From positions 1,582-65,581 of the forward strand of contig JBBTHR010000019.1 of assembly GCA_038060295.1 (NCBI GenBank): a stretch of DNA of 64,000 bases, in the 5' to 3' direction. The position numbers and the translations under genes are program-made. Below, in pieces: positions 20,946-31,316 of this stretch. Positions within the stretch are counted from its first letter, which is position 1, and each line of letters opens with the position of its first letter. The notes under the pieces are model-generated. The model made no database searches. It was not told where the DNA came from and was given only the letters and a program-made list of their open reading frames with translations. The DNA comes from Candidatus Eiseniibacteriota bacterium. GTDB taxonomy: Bacteria > Eisenbacteria > RBG-16-71-46 > SZUA-252.

Positions 20946-23252
20946 ATGGTCGATGCGTTGCGGAAGGAGTCGCTGGAGTATCACCGGGGCGGGCGGCCCG
21001 GCAAGATCGAGGTCGTATCCACGAAGCCTTGCGCCACCCAGAAGGATCTCTCGCTTGCCTACACGCCGGGCGTCGCCGAGCCCTGCCTCGCGATCGAGAA
21101 GAATCCCGACCTGGCCTACGAATACACGGCGAAGGGAAATCTCGTCGCCGTCATCACGAACGGCACCGCCGTTCTGGGGCTGGGCGACATCGGCCCGCTG
21201 GCGGGGAAGCCCGTCATGGAGGGAAAGGGAATCCTCTTCAAGCGCTTCGCCGACATCGACGTCTTCGACCTCGAGATCGACTCCAAGGACCCGGAGGAGA
21301 TCGTTCGCGTCTGCCGCGCCCTGGAACCGACCTTCGGCGGCATCAACCTCGAGGACATCAAGGCGCCAGAGTGCTTCGTCATCGAGGAGAAACTTCAGTC
21401 GCTCGTCTCGATCCCGGTATTCCACGACGACCAGCACGGGACCGCCATCATCACCGGTGCCGCGCTCCTGAACGCGCTGGAAGTCACGGGTCGGACGATC
21501 ACGGACATCCGAATGGTCATCGTCGGGGCCGGTGCGTCCGGCATCGCCTCCGCCCGGCTCTTCACGCGGCTCGGCGTCCGGCGGGAGCAGATCACGATGT
21601 GCGACCGAATCGGGGTCATCTACAAGGGGCGCACGGAGGGGATGAATCCCTACAAGGCCGAGTTCGCTGCCGAGACCACGGCGCGGACGCTGGCGGACGC
21701 GGTGCGCGGGGCGGACGTCCTCCTCGGACTCTCGAGCGCGGGTCTCGTGACGCCCGACATGGTCCGCTCCATGGCGGACCGTCCGATCATCTTCGCCTGC
21801 GCGAATCCCGATCCGGAGATCAGCTACCCCGACGCGAAGGCGGCGCGGCCCGACGCGATCATGGCGACGGGACGCTCCGACTATCCGAATCAGGTGAACA
21901 ACGTTCTCGGCTTCCCGTTTCTCTTCCGCGGGGCGCTCGACGTTCGCGCGACGCGGTTCAACGACGAGATGAAACTGGCCGCCGTCCGCGCGCTGGCCGG
22001 GCTCGCGAAGGAGGATGTTCCCGACGCGGTGGCGAAGGCGTACGGCGTCGAGACGCTCCACTTCGGGCCCGACTACCTGATCCCGAAGCCGTTCGATCCG
22101 CGCGTCCTCCTGTGGGTGGCGCCCGCCGTGGCGGAAGCTGCCATGAAGACCGGCGTGGCGCGGCTCCAGCTGAACCTCGACGAATACCGTGAGCGCCTCG
22201 AGGCGCGTCTCGGGAAATCGCGCGAGATCGCGCGCGCCGTCATCCACCGGGCCATCCGCGACCCGCGCCGCATCGTCTTCCCGGAGGGACTTCACCCGCG
22301 CATACTCCGCGTGGCAGCGCACCTCGTCGCGGAGGGGATCGCCCGCCCGGTTCTCCTGGGGAAGACGGAGGAGATTCAGCGCGCGGCGCGGCATCTGGAC
22401 GTGTCGCTCGAGGGAATCGAACTGATCCACCCGCGGAAGCACCCGAAGCGGGAGGCGTACGCGGACGAGCTCTATCGGCTCCGACAGCGGAAGGGACTCC
22501 GCCGAAAGGACGCCGAGCTCCTCATGCGGGATCCGAATTACTTCGGCACGATGATGGTCCACCTGGGCGAAGCCGACGGCCTCGTTTCGGGCGTCACGCA
22601 GCACTATCCCGAGACGATCCGCCCCGCGCTCCAGATCATCGGGCTCCGCCCCGGCATCACGCGCGTCTGCGGCGTCTACTGCATCATCTTCAAAGGGAAG
22701 TGCTACTTCTTCGCCGACACCACGGTGAACATCCAGCCGAACGCGGAAGAACTGGCGGAGATCGCGATCCTGGCGGCCGGCGTGGCGCGGGAGTTCGGCT
22801 TCGAGCCGCGCGTCGCCATGCTCTCCTTCTCCAGCTTCGGGTCGGCGAAGCACCCGGTCGTCGACATCGTCCGCGACGCCGTGGCCCTCGTCATGAAGCG
22901 CGCTCCGGATCTCCGCGTGGACGGGGAGATGCAGCTCGAGCCCGCCATCGATCCCGAGGCGGCGCGCGAGCACTTCCCGTTCAGCCGCATCCAGGGCGAC
23001 GCGAACGTCCTCGTGTTTCCCGATTTACATTCGGGTAATCTCGCCTACAAACTGATGCAGCGGCTCGCCGGCGCGGAGACGATCGGTCCCATCCTCACCG
23101 GCCTGGCGAAGCCGATCCACATCGTGACCCATACGTCGGACGACAACGAGATCATCCACATCGCGTCGATCGCGGTGGTGGAGGCGCAGCAGCGGGACGC
23201 CGGCAGCGCGCCGGCGTCGAAACGCCGCGCGATGATCGAGGAGCTGGTCTGA
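20946..23252 (+). CDS. maeB: NADP-dependent malic enzyme with a C-terminal phosphotransacetylase-like domain (MaeB type)
   Basis: Start assigned at [21 protein letters not shown], the canonical MaeB N-terminus. The malic enzyme NAD-binding region [11 protein letters not shown] is present. The C-terminal 330 aa form a PTA-like domain. Confidence 0.85.
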   Translation: MVDALRKESLEYHRGGRPGKIEVVSTKPCATQKDLSLAYTPGVAEPCLAIEKNPDLAYEYTAKGNLVAVITNGTAVLGLGDIGPLAGKPVMEGKGILFKRFADIDVFDLEIDSKDPEEIVRVCRALEPTFGGINLEDIKAPECFVIEEKLQSLVSIPVFHDDQHGTAIITGAALLNALEVTGRTITDIRMVIVGAGASGIASARLFTRLGVRREQITMCDRIGVIYKGRTEGMNPYKAEFAAETTARTLADAVRGADVLLGLSSAGLVTPDMVRSMADRPIIFACANPDPEISYPDAKAARPDAIMATGRSDYPNQVNNVLGFPFLFRGALDVRATRFNDEMKLAAVRALAGLAKEDVPDAVAKAYGVETLHFGPDYLIPKPFDPRVLLWVAPAVAEAAMKTGVARLQLNLDEYRERLEARLGKSREIARAVIHRAIRDPRRIVFPEGLHPRILRVAAHLVAEGIARPVLLGKTEEIQRAARHLDVSLEGIELIHPRKHPKREAYADELYRLRQRKGLRRKDAELLMRDPNYFGTMMVHLGEADGLVSGVTQHYPETIRPALQIIGLRPGITRVCGVYCIIFKGKCYFFADTTVNIQPNAEELAEIAILAAGVAREFGFEPRVAMLSFSSFGSAKHPVVDIVRDAVALVMKRAPDLRVDGEMQLEPAIDPEAAREHFPFSRIQGDANVLVFPDLHSGNLAYKLMQRLAGAETIGPILTGLAKPIHIVTHTSDDNEIIHIASIAVVEAQQRDAGSAPASKRRAMIEELV

Positions 23253-23253
23253 G

Positions 23254-24387
23254 ATGGACGTCGGAATCCTGAAGGAGACTTACGCGGGAGAGACCCGCGT
23301 CGCCCTCATCCCGTTCGCCGTGGGGGAACTCGTCCGGCAGGGGAACCGGGTCGTCATCGAAACGGAAGCGGGGGTTGGGTCGGGCTTTCTCGACCAGGCG
23401 TACCGCGACGCGGGCGCGACCATCGTCTACTCGGCCGAGGAGGTGATCGGCCGGTCGCGTCTCGTGCTCAAGGTCATTCCACCCTCGTGGGAGGAGTGCC
23501 GGAAACTCGACGAGGGGCAGATCCTCTTCTCGTTCCTCCAGCTCTCGAACGCGCCGAAGGGGCTGGTGACGCTTCTCCTGGACCGCCAGATCACCGCCAT
23601 GGGCTTCGAGGCGATCGAGGAACAGCGCGGCGAGAGGCCGGTCCTCACGGCCATGAGCGAGATCGCGGGAAAGCTTGTCATCCCGATCGCGGCGCACCTC
23701 CTTCAGGCGAGGCAGGGGGGGCGCGGAATCCTGCTCGACGGCATTCCCGGAGTTCCGCCCGGCGTCGTCGTAGTACTGGGGGCGGGGATGGTCGGGGCGA
23801 CGGCGGCGCGCCGCGCGGCGGCGATCGGGGCGCAGGTCATCGTCCTCGACCAGAACGTCGACCGCCTGCGTAGCGTGATCGACCGCGTGGGCGGTTCGAT
23901 CGTGACGGCCGTGGCGACTCCCTACAACGTCGAACGCTTCGTGCCGGTCGCCGATGTCCTCATCGGGGCCGTCTTCATGGAGCTGGAGGCGACCCCTCAC
24001 GTCATCGATGAGGCGCTGATCCGGAAGATGCGCCCCCGCTCGGTTTTCATCGACGTCTCGATCGATCAGGGTGGCTGCTCGACCACGTCGCGTCCGACCA
24101 CCATCGTCGAGCCGACCTACATCAAGCAGGGGATCACGCACTTCTGCGTGCCGAACATTCCGGCGCTCGTTCCGCGCACGGCCACGGTGGCGCTCTCGAA
24201 CATCCTCCTCCCGTATCTGGGTGAGTTGACTCGTCAGGGACCGGAAGCGATTCTCCGGTCGAACCCGGCTCTCGCGCGCGGCGTCTACACCCACGGCGGA
24301 TTCTGTCTCAAGAGGAAGATCGCCTCGGCGCTCGATCTCCCGTACCGGGGCGTCGAGAGCGAATGGAGCTACGATGTCGCCCGATAA
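23254..24387 (+). CDS. Alanine dehydrogenase/PNT-family NAD(P)-dependent dehydrogenase
   Basis: The N-terminus (MDVGILKETYAGETRVALIPFAV) matches the AlaDH N-terminal pattern. A Rossmann motif (VVVLGAGMVGATAA) is present. The start is 1 bp after the maeB stop. Confidence 0.7.
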   Translation: MDVGILKETYAGETRVALIPFAVGELVRQGNRVVIETEAGVGSGFLDQAYRDAGATIVYSAEEVIGRSRLVLKVIPPSWEECRKLDEGQILFSFLQLSNAPKGLVTLLLDRQITAMGFEAIEEQRGERPVLTAMSEIAGKLVIPIAAHLLQARQGGRGILLDGIPGVPPGVVVVLGAGMVGATAARRAAAIGAQVIVLDQNVDRLRSVIDRVGGSIVTAVATPYNVERFVPVADVLIGAVFMELEATPHVIDEALIRKMRPRSVFIDVSIDQGGCSTTSRPTTIVEPTYIKQGITHFCVPNIPALVPRTATVALSNILLPYLGELTRQGPEAILRSNPALARGVYTHGGFCLKRKIASALDLPYRGVESEWSYDVAR

Positions 24388-25714
24388 CGCCGCCACGCTG
24401 TCGGCGGTCACGAACCGCCGCTCCGCGCAAGCCGCGTTCCACGAGAAGCTCGTGACGGCCGAGGTGGCGCTCCAGACGGTCTGCTCCGGCGACACGGTCT
24501 ACGTGCACCCCGGCTGCGCGGCGCCGCTGCGGCTTCTCGACGCGCTCGTGGCGCGTCGAGAGGAGTTGGAGAACGTCCGGATCGTCCATATCATGTCGCT
24601 CGGTCGCGCCGAGTACGTGAAGCCGGGGATGGAGAAGCACTTCCGGCACATGGCCCTCTTCATCGGGAGGAACGTTCGCGACGCGGTGAACGAGGGGCGC
24701 GCCGACTACGTCCCGGTCTTCCTCTCGGAGATTCCGCGTCTCTTCACCAGCCGGACCATTCCGGTCGACGTGGCCCTCATCCACGTCTCCCCGCCCGACG
24801 AGCACGGCTTCTGCAGTTTCGGCGTGGGCGTCGAGTGCACGAAGGCCGCCGCTTCCACGGCGAACGTGGTCGTCGCGCAGGTGAATCCCCATATGCCGCG
24901 CGTCCTGGGGGACAGCTTCATCCACGTGCGGAACGTCACCTACTTCGTGGAGGCCGACGAGCCGCTGGTGGAACTCCCGCGGGTGCGGATGTCGCCGGCG
25001 TTCGACGAGATCGGGCGGAACGTGGCGGGGCTGGTGGAGGACGGGGCGACGCTTCAGCTCGGGATCGGCGGAATTCCGGACGCGGTGCTCCACCATCTCC
25101 GCGACCGCAAGCACCTGGGCGTCCACACCGAGATGTTCTCGGACGGCATGGTGGAACTGGTGGAGGCGGGAATCGTCACCAACGAGCGGAAGACGCTCCA
25201 TCCCGGGAAGATCGTCTCCTCCTTCGTCCTCGGGTCGAAGCGGCTCTTCGACTTCATCCACAACAATCCGATCGTGGAGTTCCATCCCAGCGACTACGTG
25301 AACGATCCCTTCGTGATCGCCATGAACGACAAGATGGTGGCGGTCAATTCCGCCATCCAGGTCGATCTGACCGGGCAGATCTGCTCCGATTCCATCGGCG
25401 ATACCGTCTATTCCGGGTTCGGCGGGCAGGTCGACTTCGTCCGCGGCGCCTCCCGGGCAAAGGGCGGCAAGGCGGTCATCGCGCTCCTCTCGACCGCCAA
25501 ATCAGAGGGGATCTCGCGGATCGTGCCCTATCTGGACGAGGGGGCCGGCGTGGTCACGTCCCGAGCCGACGTCCACTTCGTGGCCACCGAGTACGGCGTG
25601 GCCGACCTGCATGGGCGATCGATGCGGGAGCGCGCGCGCGCACTCATCGGCATCGCGCACCCGAAGTTCCGCGAGGAGCTGGAAGCGGGAGCGCGGAAAC
25701 GAAAGCTCGTCTAG
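24374..25714 (+). CDS. Acetyl-CoA hydrolase/transferase family protein (4-hydroxybutyrate or succinyl-CoA:acetate CoA-transferase-like)
   Basis: The family pattern is present (GDTVYVHPGCAAP...FIGRNVRDAVNEGRADYVPVFLSEIPRLF...SGFGGQVDFVRGA). It overlaps the previous gene by 14 bp. Confidence 0.75.
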   Translation: MSPDNAATLSAVTNRRSAQAAFHEKLVTAEVALQTVCSGDTVYVHPGCAAPLRLLDALVARREELENVRIVHIMSLGRAEYVKPGMEKHFRHMALFIGRNVRDAVNEGRADYVPVFLSEIPRLFTSRTIPVDVALIHVSPPDEHGFCSFGVGVECTKAAASTANVVVAQVNPHMPRVLGDSFIHVRNVTYFVEADEPLVELPRVRMSPAFDEIGRNVAGLVEDGATLQLGIGGIPDAVLHHLRDRKHLGVHTEMFSDGMVELVEAGIVTNERKTLHPGKIVSSFVLGSKRLFDFIHNNPIVEFHPSDYVNDPFVIAMNDKMVAVNSAIQVDLTGQICSDSIGDTVYSGFGGQVDFVRGASRAKGGKAVIALLSTAKSEGISRIVPYLDEGAGVVTSRADVHFVATEYGVADLHGRSMRERARALIGIAHPKFREELEAGARKRKLV

Positions 25715-25793
25715 GGCCGTGCCGGCCAGCCTCGACGGGTTGTCGCATCGGCCGGTTGCGGGCAGGGCGCGCCTCCCCTAGACTCCGGGCTCC

Positions 25794-26981
25794 ATGCTCA
25801 AGACCACCCCCTTCCATCCTCGTACTTCGGCCCTGGTGCGCGCGCAGACGTGGCGCCGGTGGGCGGGGTATCAGATGGCCAGCGCCTACGATCCGCACCC
25901 CGATCGCGAATACGCCGCGATCCGCAGTGCGGCGGCGCTGATCGACGTCTCGCCCCTCTACAAGTATCGAATCGCCGGGCGCGACGCGATGCGGCTTCTC
26001 GATCGAACGATCACGCGTGACATGACGAAGCTGAAGCCCGGTCAGGTCTACTACACCCCCTGGTGCGACGCGGACGGGAAGGTGGTCGACGACGGCACGG
26101 TCACCCGCCTCGACGAGGGATCCTACCGGCTCACCAGCGCCGATTCGTCCCTTCGCTGGCTCCACCTGAACGCCGCGGGAATGGACGTCCGGGTCGACGA
26201 CATCTCGGAGCGCGTCGGCGCCGTCTCGCTCCAGGGTCCCTTGTCGCGCGCCATCCTGGCGACCGTCTCTCCCCTCGATCTGCGGTCGCTCCCGTACTTC
26301 CGCTATGCCGAGACGACGATTCGCGACATTCCCGTCGGCCTCTCGCGCACCGGATACACCGGAGACCTCGGCTACGAGATCTGGGTCGACGCGGAGCGCG
26401 CCGTGCCTCTCTGGGACGCGCTCATGGAGGCGGGGAAGCCATTCGGGCTCACGCCCGCCGGCGTCTGGGCGCTCGACATCGCACGAATCGAGGCCGGGCT
26501 CATCATGATGGACGTCGACTACTACTCCTCGCACCACGCGCTCATCGAGCAACGAAAATCGTCGCCCTACGAGATCAACCTCGGGTGGGCCGTGAGCGCC
26601 GGCAAGGGGCCCTTCAACGGGCGCCGCGCCCTGGCGGCGGAACGGACCCGCGGCGCCGCGTGGGGCTTTGTCGGCCTCGAGATCGAGTGGGAGTCGTTCG
26701 AGCGGCTCTTCGCGGCGCACGGCCTGCCACCTCAGATTTCCAACGTGGCCTGGCGCGCGAGCGCGCCGATCTACGATGCCGGGCGTCAGATCGGCTACGC
26801 CACAAGCGGCTGCTGGTCTCCGCTCCTCAAGAAGTTGCTCGCGCTGGCTCACCTGCGCGCCCCCTACTTCACGCCCGGCACGCGCGTCGAGCTGGAGATC
26901 ACGGTCGAACACCAGCGCCGACGGGCCAACGCCGTCGTGCGAAAGCTCCCCTTCTTCGATCCCGAGAGGAAGAAGGCGTGA
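25794..26981 (+). CDS. GcvT-family aminomethyltransferase (folate-binding glycine-cleavage T-protein fold)
   Basis: IDVSPLYKYRIAGRDAMRLLDRTITRDMTKLKPGQVYYTPWCDADGKVVDDGTV is the GcvT/DmdA-type N-terminal pattern. A C-terminal barrel domain follows. Confidence 0.75.
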   Translation: MLKTTPFHPRTSALVRAQTWRRWAGYQMASAYDPHPDREYAAIRSAAALIDVSPLYKYRIAGRDAMRLLDRTITRDMTKLKPGQVYYTPWCDADGKVVDDGTVTRLDEGSYRLTSADSSLRWLHLNAAGMDVRVDDISERVGAVSLQGPLSRAILATVSPLDLRSLPYFRYAETTIRDIPVGLSRTGYTGDLGYEIWVDAERAVPLWDALMEAGKPFGLTPAGVWALDIARIEAGLIMMDVDYYSSHHALIEQRKSSPYEINLGWAVSAGKGPFNGRRALAAERTRGAAWGFVGLEIEWESFERLFAAHGLPPQISNVAWRASAPIYDAGRQIGYATSGCWSPLLKKLLALAHLRAPYFTPGTRVELEITVEHQRRRANAVVRKLPFFDPERKKA

Positions 26982-28558
26982 CCCCGCGCTACGACGCGAT
27001 CGTCGTCGGGGGAGGCCACAACGGGCTCGTGGCCGCGGCGTATCTGGCGCGCGCGGGGCGGAGGACTCTCGTTCTCGAGCGACGCCACGTCCTCGGCGGC
27101 GCGGCGGTGACCGAGGAGATCTTTCCGGGCTTCAAGTTCACGGTCTTCTCCTACGTGGTGAGCCTCCTTCGCCCCGAGATCATCCGCGATCTCGAGCTGC
27201 CGCGACACGGGCTCCAGATCCTTCCGCTCGAGAGCACCGTCACGCCGCTCGACAACGGCGACTATCTGGCGGGGTGGGCCGACCCCGACGAGACGCGGCG
27301 CGAACTCTGCCGCCACTCGCCCCGCGACGCCGACGCCGCGGTCGTCTTCGGGCGCTTGATGCATCACATGGCGATGGCGGTGAAGCCGATCCTCGGCATG
27401 GTGCCGCCCGACCCGACCTCGCTCTCTCCCGGGGATCTTGCGGGGCTTCTGAAGCTCGGCGGCCATTTCCGCTCGCTCGGCCCGGAGCGCTTCCACGCGC
27501 TCCACAAGCTGATGACCATGAGCAGCGCAGACTATCTCGACGAGTGGTTCGAGTTCGGCCCCCTGAAGGCGACCAAATCGGCCAGTGGCATCATCGGGAC
27601 GTTTCTGGGCCCGCGGTCCCCTGGTACCGCCTACGTGCTTCTTCATCACTACATGGGGGAACTTGACGGCGCGTTTCGCGCCTGGGGCTTCCAGAAGGGC
27701 GGAACGGGCGGCATCAGCGAGTCGATCGCCGGCGCGGCACGCGCGCACGGCGTGACGATTCGCACCAGCGCGGCGGTCGAGCGCGTGCTCGTGCGAAACG
27801 GCCAAGCCACGGGCGTCGTTCTGGAGGGCGGTGAGGAAATTCCCGCGAAGATCGTCGTCTCGGGGCTCGACCCGCGGCTCACCTTCACGCGTCTCGTGGA
27901 GCCGAAGGATCTCCCCGATTCGCTCGTCGAGGCCGTGAGGCGGTTCAAGTTCCGCGGCTCGTCGGGGAAGGTGAATCTGGCGCTGGCGGGGCTGCCGAAC
28001 TTCACCTGTATCCCCGGCGAGGGGCCCCATCTTCGCGGGGCGGTCTCCATCAGCCCCAGCGTCGAGTACCTCGAGCGCGCCTACGACGACGCCAAGTATG
28101 GCGAGTTCTCCCGCCATCCCTACATGGACATCGTCATCCCTTCGATGATCGATCCGAGCATGGCGCCTCCCGGGAAGCACGTGATGAGCGTCTTCGTCCA
28201 GTACGCCCCCTACAACTTGAATGGCGGCTGGACGGACGCGAAGCGCGAGGCGTTCGGTGACACGGTGGTCGACACGATCGCTCGATACGCGCCCAATTTG
28301 AAGTCGCTCATTCTCCATCGGCAGGTTCTCACGCCGCTCGACATGGAGCGGATAACAGGCCTTTCCGAGGGAAACATCTTTCAGGGCGAACTCGCCCTGC
28401 AGCAGCTCTTCTTCCTGCGGCCGGCGCCGCGATGGGCCAAGTACCGCACGCCGATTCGAGGCTACTGGCAGTGCGGCGCGGGCACCCATCCGGGCGGTGG
28501 GATCATGGGCGCCTCGGGGCGCCTCGCGGCGATGGAGATCTTGAGGTCGACGCCGTGA
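26978..28558 (+). CDS. NAD(P)/FAD-dependent oxidoreductase, phytoene-desaturase/amine-oxidase (CrtI-like) family, paralog 1
   Basis: GTG start (GTGA overlap with the gcvT-like stop). The dinucleotide motif YDAIVVGGGHNGLVAAAYLARAG is present. The protein is about 526 aa. Its first 305 codons in the track ORF 26063-28558 are out-of-frame read-through. Confidence 0.7.
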   Translation: MTPRYDAIVVGGGHNGLVAAAYLARAGRRTLVLERRHVLGGAAVTEEIFPGFKFTVFSYVVSLLRPEIIRDLELPRHGLQILPLESTVTPLDNGDYLAGWADPDETRRELCRHSPRDADAAVVFGRLMHHMAMAVKPILGMVPPDPTSLSPGDLAGLLKLGGHFRSLGPERFHALHKLMTMSSADYLDEWFEFGPLKATKSASGIIGTFLGPRSPGTAYVLLHHYMGELDGAFRAWGFQKGGTGGISESIAGAARAHGVTIRTSAAVERVLVRNGQATGVVLEGGEEIPAKIVVSGLDPRLTFTRLVEPKDLPDSLVEAVRRFKFRGSSGKVNLALAGLPNFTCIPGEGPHLRGAVSISPSVEYLERAYDDAKYGEFSRHPYMDIVIPSMIDPSMAPPGKHVMSVFVQYAPYNLNGGWTDAKREAFGDTVVDTIARYAPNLKSLILHRQVLTPLDMERITGLSEGNIFQGELALQQLFFLRPAPRWAKYRTPIRGYWQCGAGTHPGGGIMGASGRLAAMEILRSTP

Positions 28559-30180
28559 GCGCCCCGGGGAACGGCGGCGCCCGCGGCGCGGCCTTCGACG
28601 CCGTCGTCATCGGCGCGGGCGCGAACGGGCTGGTCGCGGCGGCGCGGCTGGCCAAGGTGGGACTCCGCGTCCTTCTCCTCGAGCGGGCGGAGTCGCTCGG
28701 CGGCCAGGGCGCCGTCATCGAATTCGCGCCCGGCTTCCGCGCGGCGCCCCTGGGGCAGGATCCGGGCTGGGTTCCTCCGGCCGTCGTCCGCGGCCTCGGC
28801 CTCGAGTCTCTCGCGGCCGACCCGGCGGACGCTCCGCTCAGCGTGGCGATCGGCCCCGGCTCGTTCCTGACTCTCTCGCGCGACGCGGAGCGTGCGGCGG
28901 AGGCGATTCGCGTGCATTCCGTCTCCGACGCGGCGAAGTGGCCGGCGTTCACGAGCCAGGTACACCGTCTTGCGGGCTTTCTGGGCGAGCTCTATCGGAC
29001 GCCCGCGCCCGATGTCGGTCTGACGTCGCTCGGCGACGTTCCCGCGCTGCTCGGCCTCGGGCTCAAGTACCGCGCCCTCGGCGGCGAGGGAATGATCGAG
29101 TTCCTTCGCACGCTCCCGCTCTCGGTATGGGAGCTGCTGGACGACTGGTTCGAGTCCGCGCCGCTCAAGGCGGCCGTGGCGACCGGGGGAATCCAGGATT
29201 ACCGCCAGGGCCCGCGCTCGGGCGGGACGGGGTTCGTCCTCCTCCACCATCTCGTGGGCGCTCCCGTGGGGTCGATGCGCGGGCGGCTCCCGTGGCGCGG
29301 CGGTCCCAGCGCGTTCACCGAGGCGCTCGAGCAGGTGGCGCGCCGCGCCGGCGTCACGATTCGGACCGGCGCCGCCGTCGCGCGGGTCACGGTCCGCGAC
29401 GATGCCGCGGAGGGCGTGATCCTCGCCAACGGGGAGGAGATCGCGACCCGTGCGGTCCTTTCCACGGCCGATCCGACCCGGACTCTCCTCGAGTGGGTCG
29501 ATCCAGTCTGGCTCGATCCCGAGTTCATGCACGCGGTGGGGAATATCCGCTATCGCGGCTGCACGGCAGTCGTGATGTTCGCCCTCGACGCGATTCCCGA
29601 GTTCCCGGGGCTTGCCTCGCAAGAGGCCCTGGCGGGACTTGTCTCGCTCACGCCGAGCGTCGTGGCCCTGGAGAAGGCGGCGGACGCCGCGAAGTACGGC
29701 GATGTCTCCGAGAACCCTCATGTCGAAATCACGGTCCCGACGCTGCGTTCGCCGGCGCTCGCCGACGGCGGCAGGCACGTCCTGGTCGCTCGTGTGCACT
29801 ACGCGCCCTACCGGCTCCGCGACGGCGCCGCGTGGGATCCCGCGCGGCGTGACGCGTTGGCCGATCGGGTGACGGAGGCGATCGAAGCGGTATCGCCCGG
29901 GTTCGGCGCGCGCGTACTGCACCGGGTCGCGATGTCGCCCCAGGACCTAGAAGAACGCTACGGACTTCGCGAGGGTGCGCCCACGCAGGGGGAATTGGGC
30001 CTCGACCAGATCCTCTTCATGCGCCCCGTCGCGGGCTGGGGCCGCCACGCCACGCCGATCGCGGGACTTTATCTCGGTGGCGTCGGGACGCATCCCGGGC
30101 CCGGAATCCTCGGCGGCGCCGGATGGCTGGCAGCGAATCGCCTCCTCGGAGATCGCCGCGGCGGGAAGGGGCGCGCGTGA
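28555..30180 (+). CDS. NAD(P)/FAD-dependent oxidoreductase, CrtI-like family, paralog 2 (tandem duplicate)
   Basis: GTG start overlapping the upstream stop (GTGA). FDAVVIGAGANGLVAAARLAKVG is present. The protein is colinear with paralog 1 throughout. Confidence 0.7.
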   Translation: MSAPGNGGARGAAFDAVVIGAGANGLVAAARLAKVGLRVLLLERAESLGGQGAVIEFAPGFRAAPLGQDPGWVPPAVVRGLGLESLAADPADAPLSVAIGPGSFLTLSRDAERAAEAIRVHSVSDAAKWPAFTSQVHRLAGFLGELYRTPAPDVGLTSLGDVPALLGLGLKYRALGGEGMIEFLRTLPLSVWELLDDWFESAPLKAAVATGGIQDYRQGPRSGGTGFVLLHHLVGAPVGSMRGRLPWRGGPSAFTEALEQVARRAGVTIRTGAAVARVTVRDDAAEGVILANGEEIATRAVLSTADPTRTLLEWVDPVWLDPEFMHAVGNIRYRGCTAVVMFALDAIPEFPGLASQEALAGLVSLTPSVVALEKAADAAKYGDVSENPHVEITVPTLRSPALADGGRHVLVARVHYAPYRLRDGAAWDPARRDALADRVTEAIEAVSPGFGARVLHRVAMSPQDLEERYGLREGAPTQGELGLDQILFMRPVAGWGRHATPIAGLYLGGVGTHPGPGILGGAGWLAANRLLGDRRGGKGRA

Positions 30181-31301
30181 GCGACTTTCGCGCCACCACG
30201 ACGAGCTACCGGCAGGGCGCGCGAACGCTCCCCCGCGAGTACTACACCTCCGACGCGATTTTCGGCGAGGAGCGCGAGAGGATCTTCGCGACCGGCTGGA
30301 ACTGCGCCGGACGGGCGTCGCGGCTGCGAGAGCCGGGCGACTTCTTCCTCCGGGAGATCGCGGGCGAATCGATCCTCGTCGTACGCGACAAGAGCGGGGG
30401 CGCGCGCGCCTACTTCAACATCTGCCGCCACCGCGGCACGCGTATCTGCCGCGAGGCGTCGGGCCGCTTTCACGATTCGATCCAGTGCGCCTATCACGCG
30501 TGGACGTACTCGCTCGATGGAAGGCTTGTCGGAGCCCCGCACATGAAGGAGGCCGGCGATTTCGACATGAAGGCGTATCCGCTTCACGAGGCCGCCATCG
30601 CGGAGTGGGAGGGATTCCTGTTCGTGAACGTGGCAGAAATCCCCACGCCGTTCGAAGCGGCATGGGAGCCGCTCCAGGGCCGTTTCGCGAGATTCGGCCT
30701 CCGCGGGCTCGCGATGGGGCACCACGTCGTCTATGACGTGAAGGCGAACTGGAAACTCGTCTTCCAGAACTATTCCGAGTGTCTCCACTGCCCGACGATT
30801 CATCCGAAACTGGCGACCGTCCTTCCGTACCTGAGCGGGGCGAACGATCTTACGGAGGGCCCGTTCCTCGGCGGTTACATGGGGATCAAAGCGCCGAATG
30901 AGAGCGCCACCATGAGCGGGCGTGCGTGCGGGCGTCCGGTGAGCGACGACATTCCCGAGGAGGATCGGAAGCGCGCCTTCTACTACTCCATCATGCCGAA
31001 CATGCTCCTGAGCATTCACGCCGATTACGTGAACTACTACATCCTCCGTCCCGTCGCGGTCGATCGCACGGAGGTCGAGTCGGAGTGGCTCTTCCACCCC
31101 GATACGCTCGCCGATCCCGGCAACAACATTCGCGACGCGATCGAGTTCTGGGACCTCACCAATCGGCAGGATTGGGACATCGTGGGGCAGAGCCAGCTCG
31201 GCGTCGCCTCGCGGCGCTACGCTCCCGGACCCTATTCGCCTCGAGAGAGCGTCCCCGCGGCGTGGGATCGGGAGTATCGGGGGTGGATGGGAAAGGGCTG
31301 A
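30177..31301 (+). CDS. Rieske [2Fe-2S] non-heme iron oxygenase, alpha-subunit-only type
   Basis: The Rieske motif CRHRG...CAYHAW and the mononuclear-iron motif N-x2-E-x2-H-x4-H (NYSECLHCPTIH) are present. The GTG start overlaps the upstream stop (GTGA). Confidence 0.75.
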   Translation: MSDFRATTTSYRQGARTLPREYYTSDAIFGEERERIFATGWNCAGRASRLREPGDFFLREIAGESILVVRDKSGGARAYFNICRHRGTRICREASGRFHDSIQCAYHAWTYSLDGRLVGAPHMKEAGDFDMKAYPLHEAAIAEWEGFLFVNVAEIPTPFEAAWEPLQGRFARFGLRGLAMGHHVVYDVKANWKLVFQNYSECLHCPTIHPKLATVLPYLSGANDLTEGPFLGGYMGIKAPNESATMSGRACGRPVSDDIPEEDRKRAFYYSIMPNMLLSIHADYVNYYILRPVAVDRTEVESEWLFHPDTLADPGNNIRDAIEFWDLTNRQDWDIVGQSQLGVASRRYAPGPYSPRESVPAAWDREYRGWMGKG

Positions 31302-31316
31302 TTCGGTTCGATCGCG

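Noticed and set aside
26063-28558. 831-aa ORF spanning the gcvT-like gene and the first flavoprotein.
   Set aside because: Its first 305 codons are out-of-frame read-through over the GcvT-family gene (Arg-rich nonsense). The true gene starts at GTG 26978.
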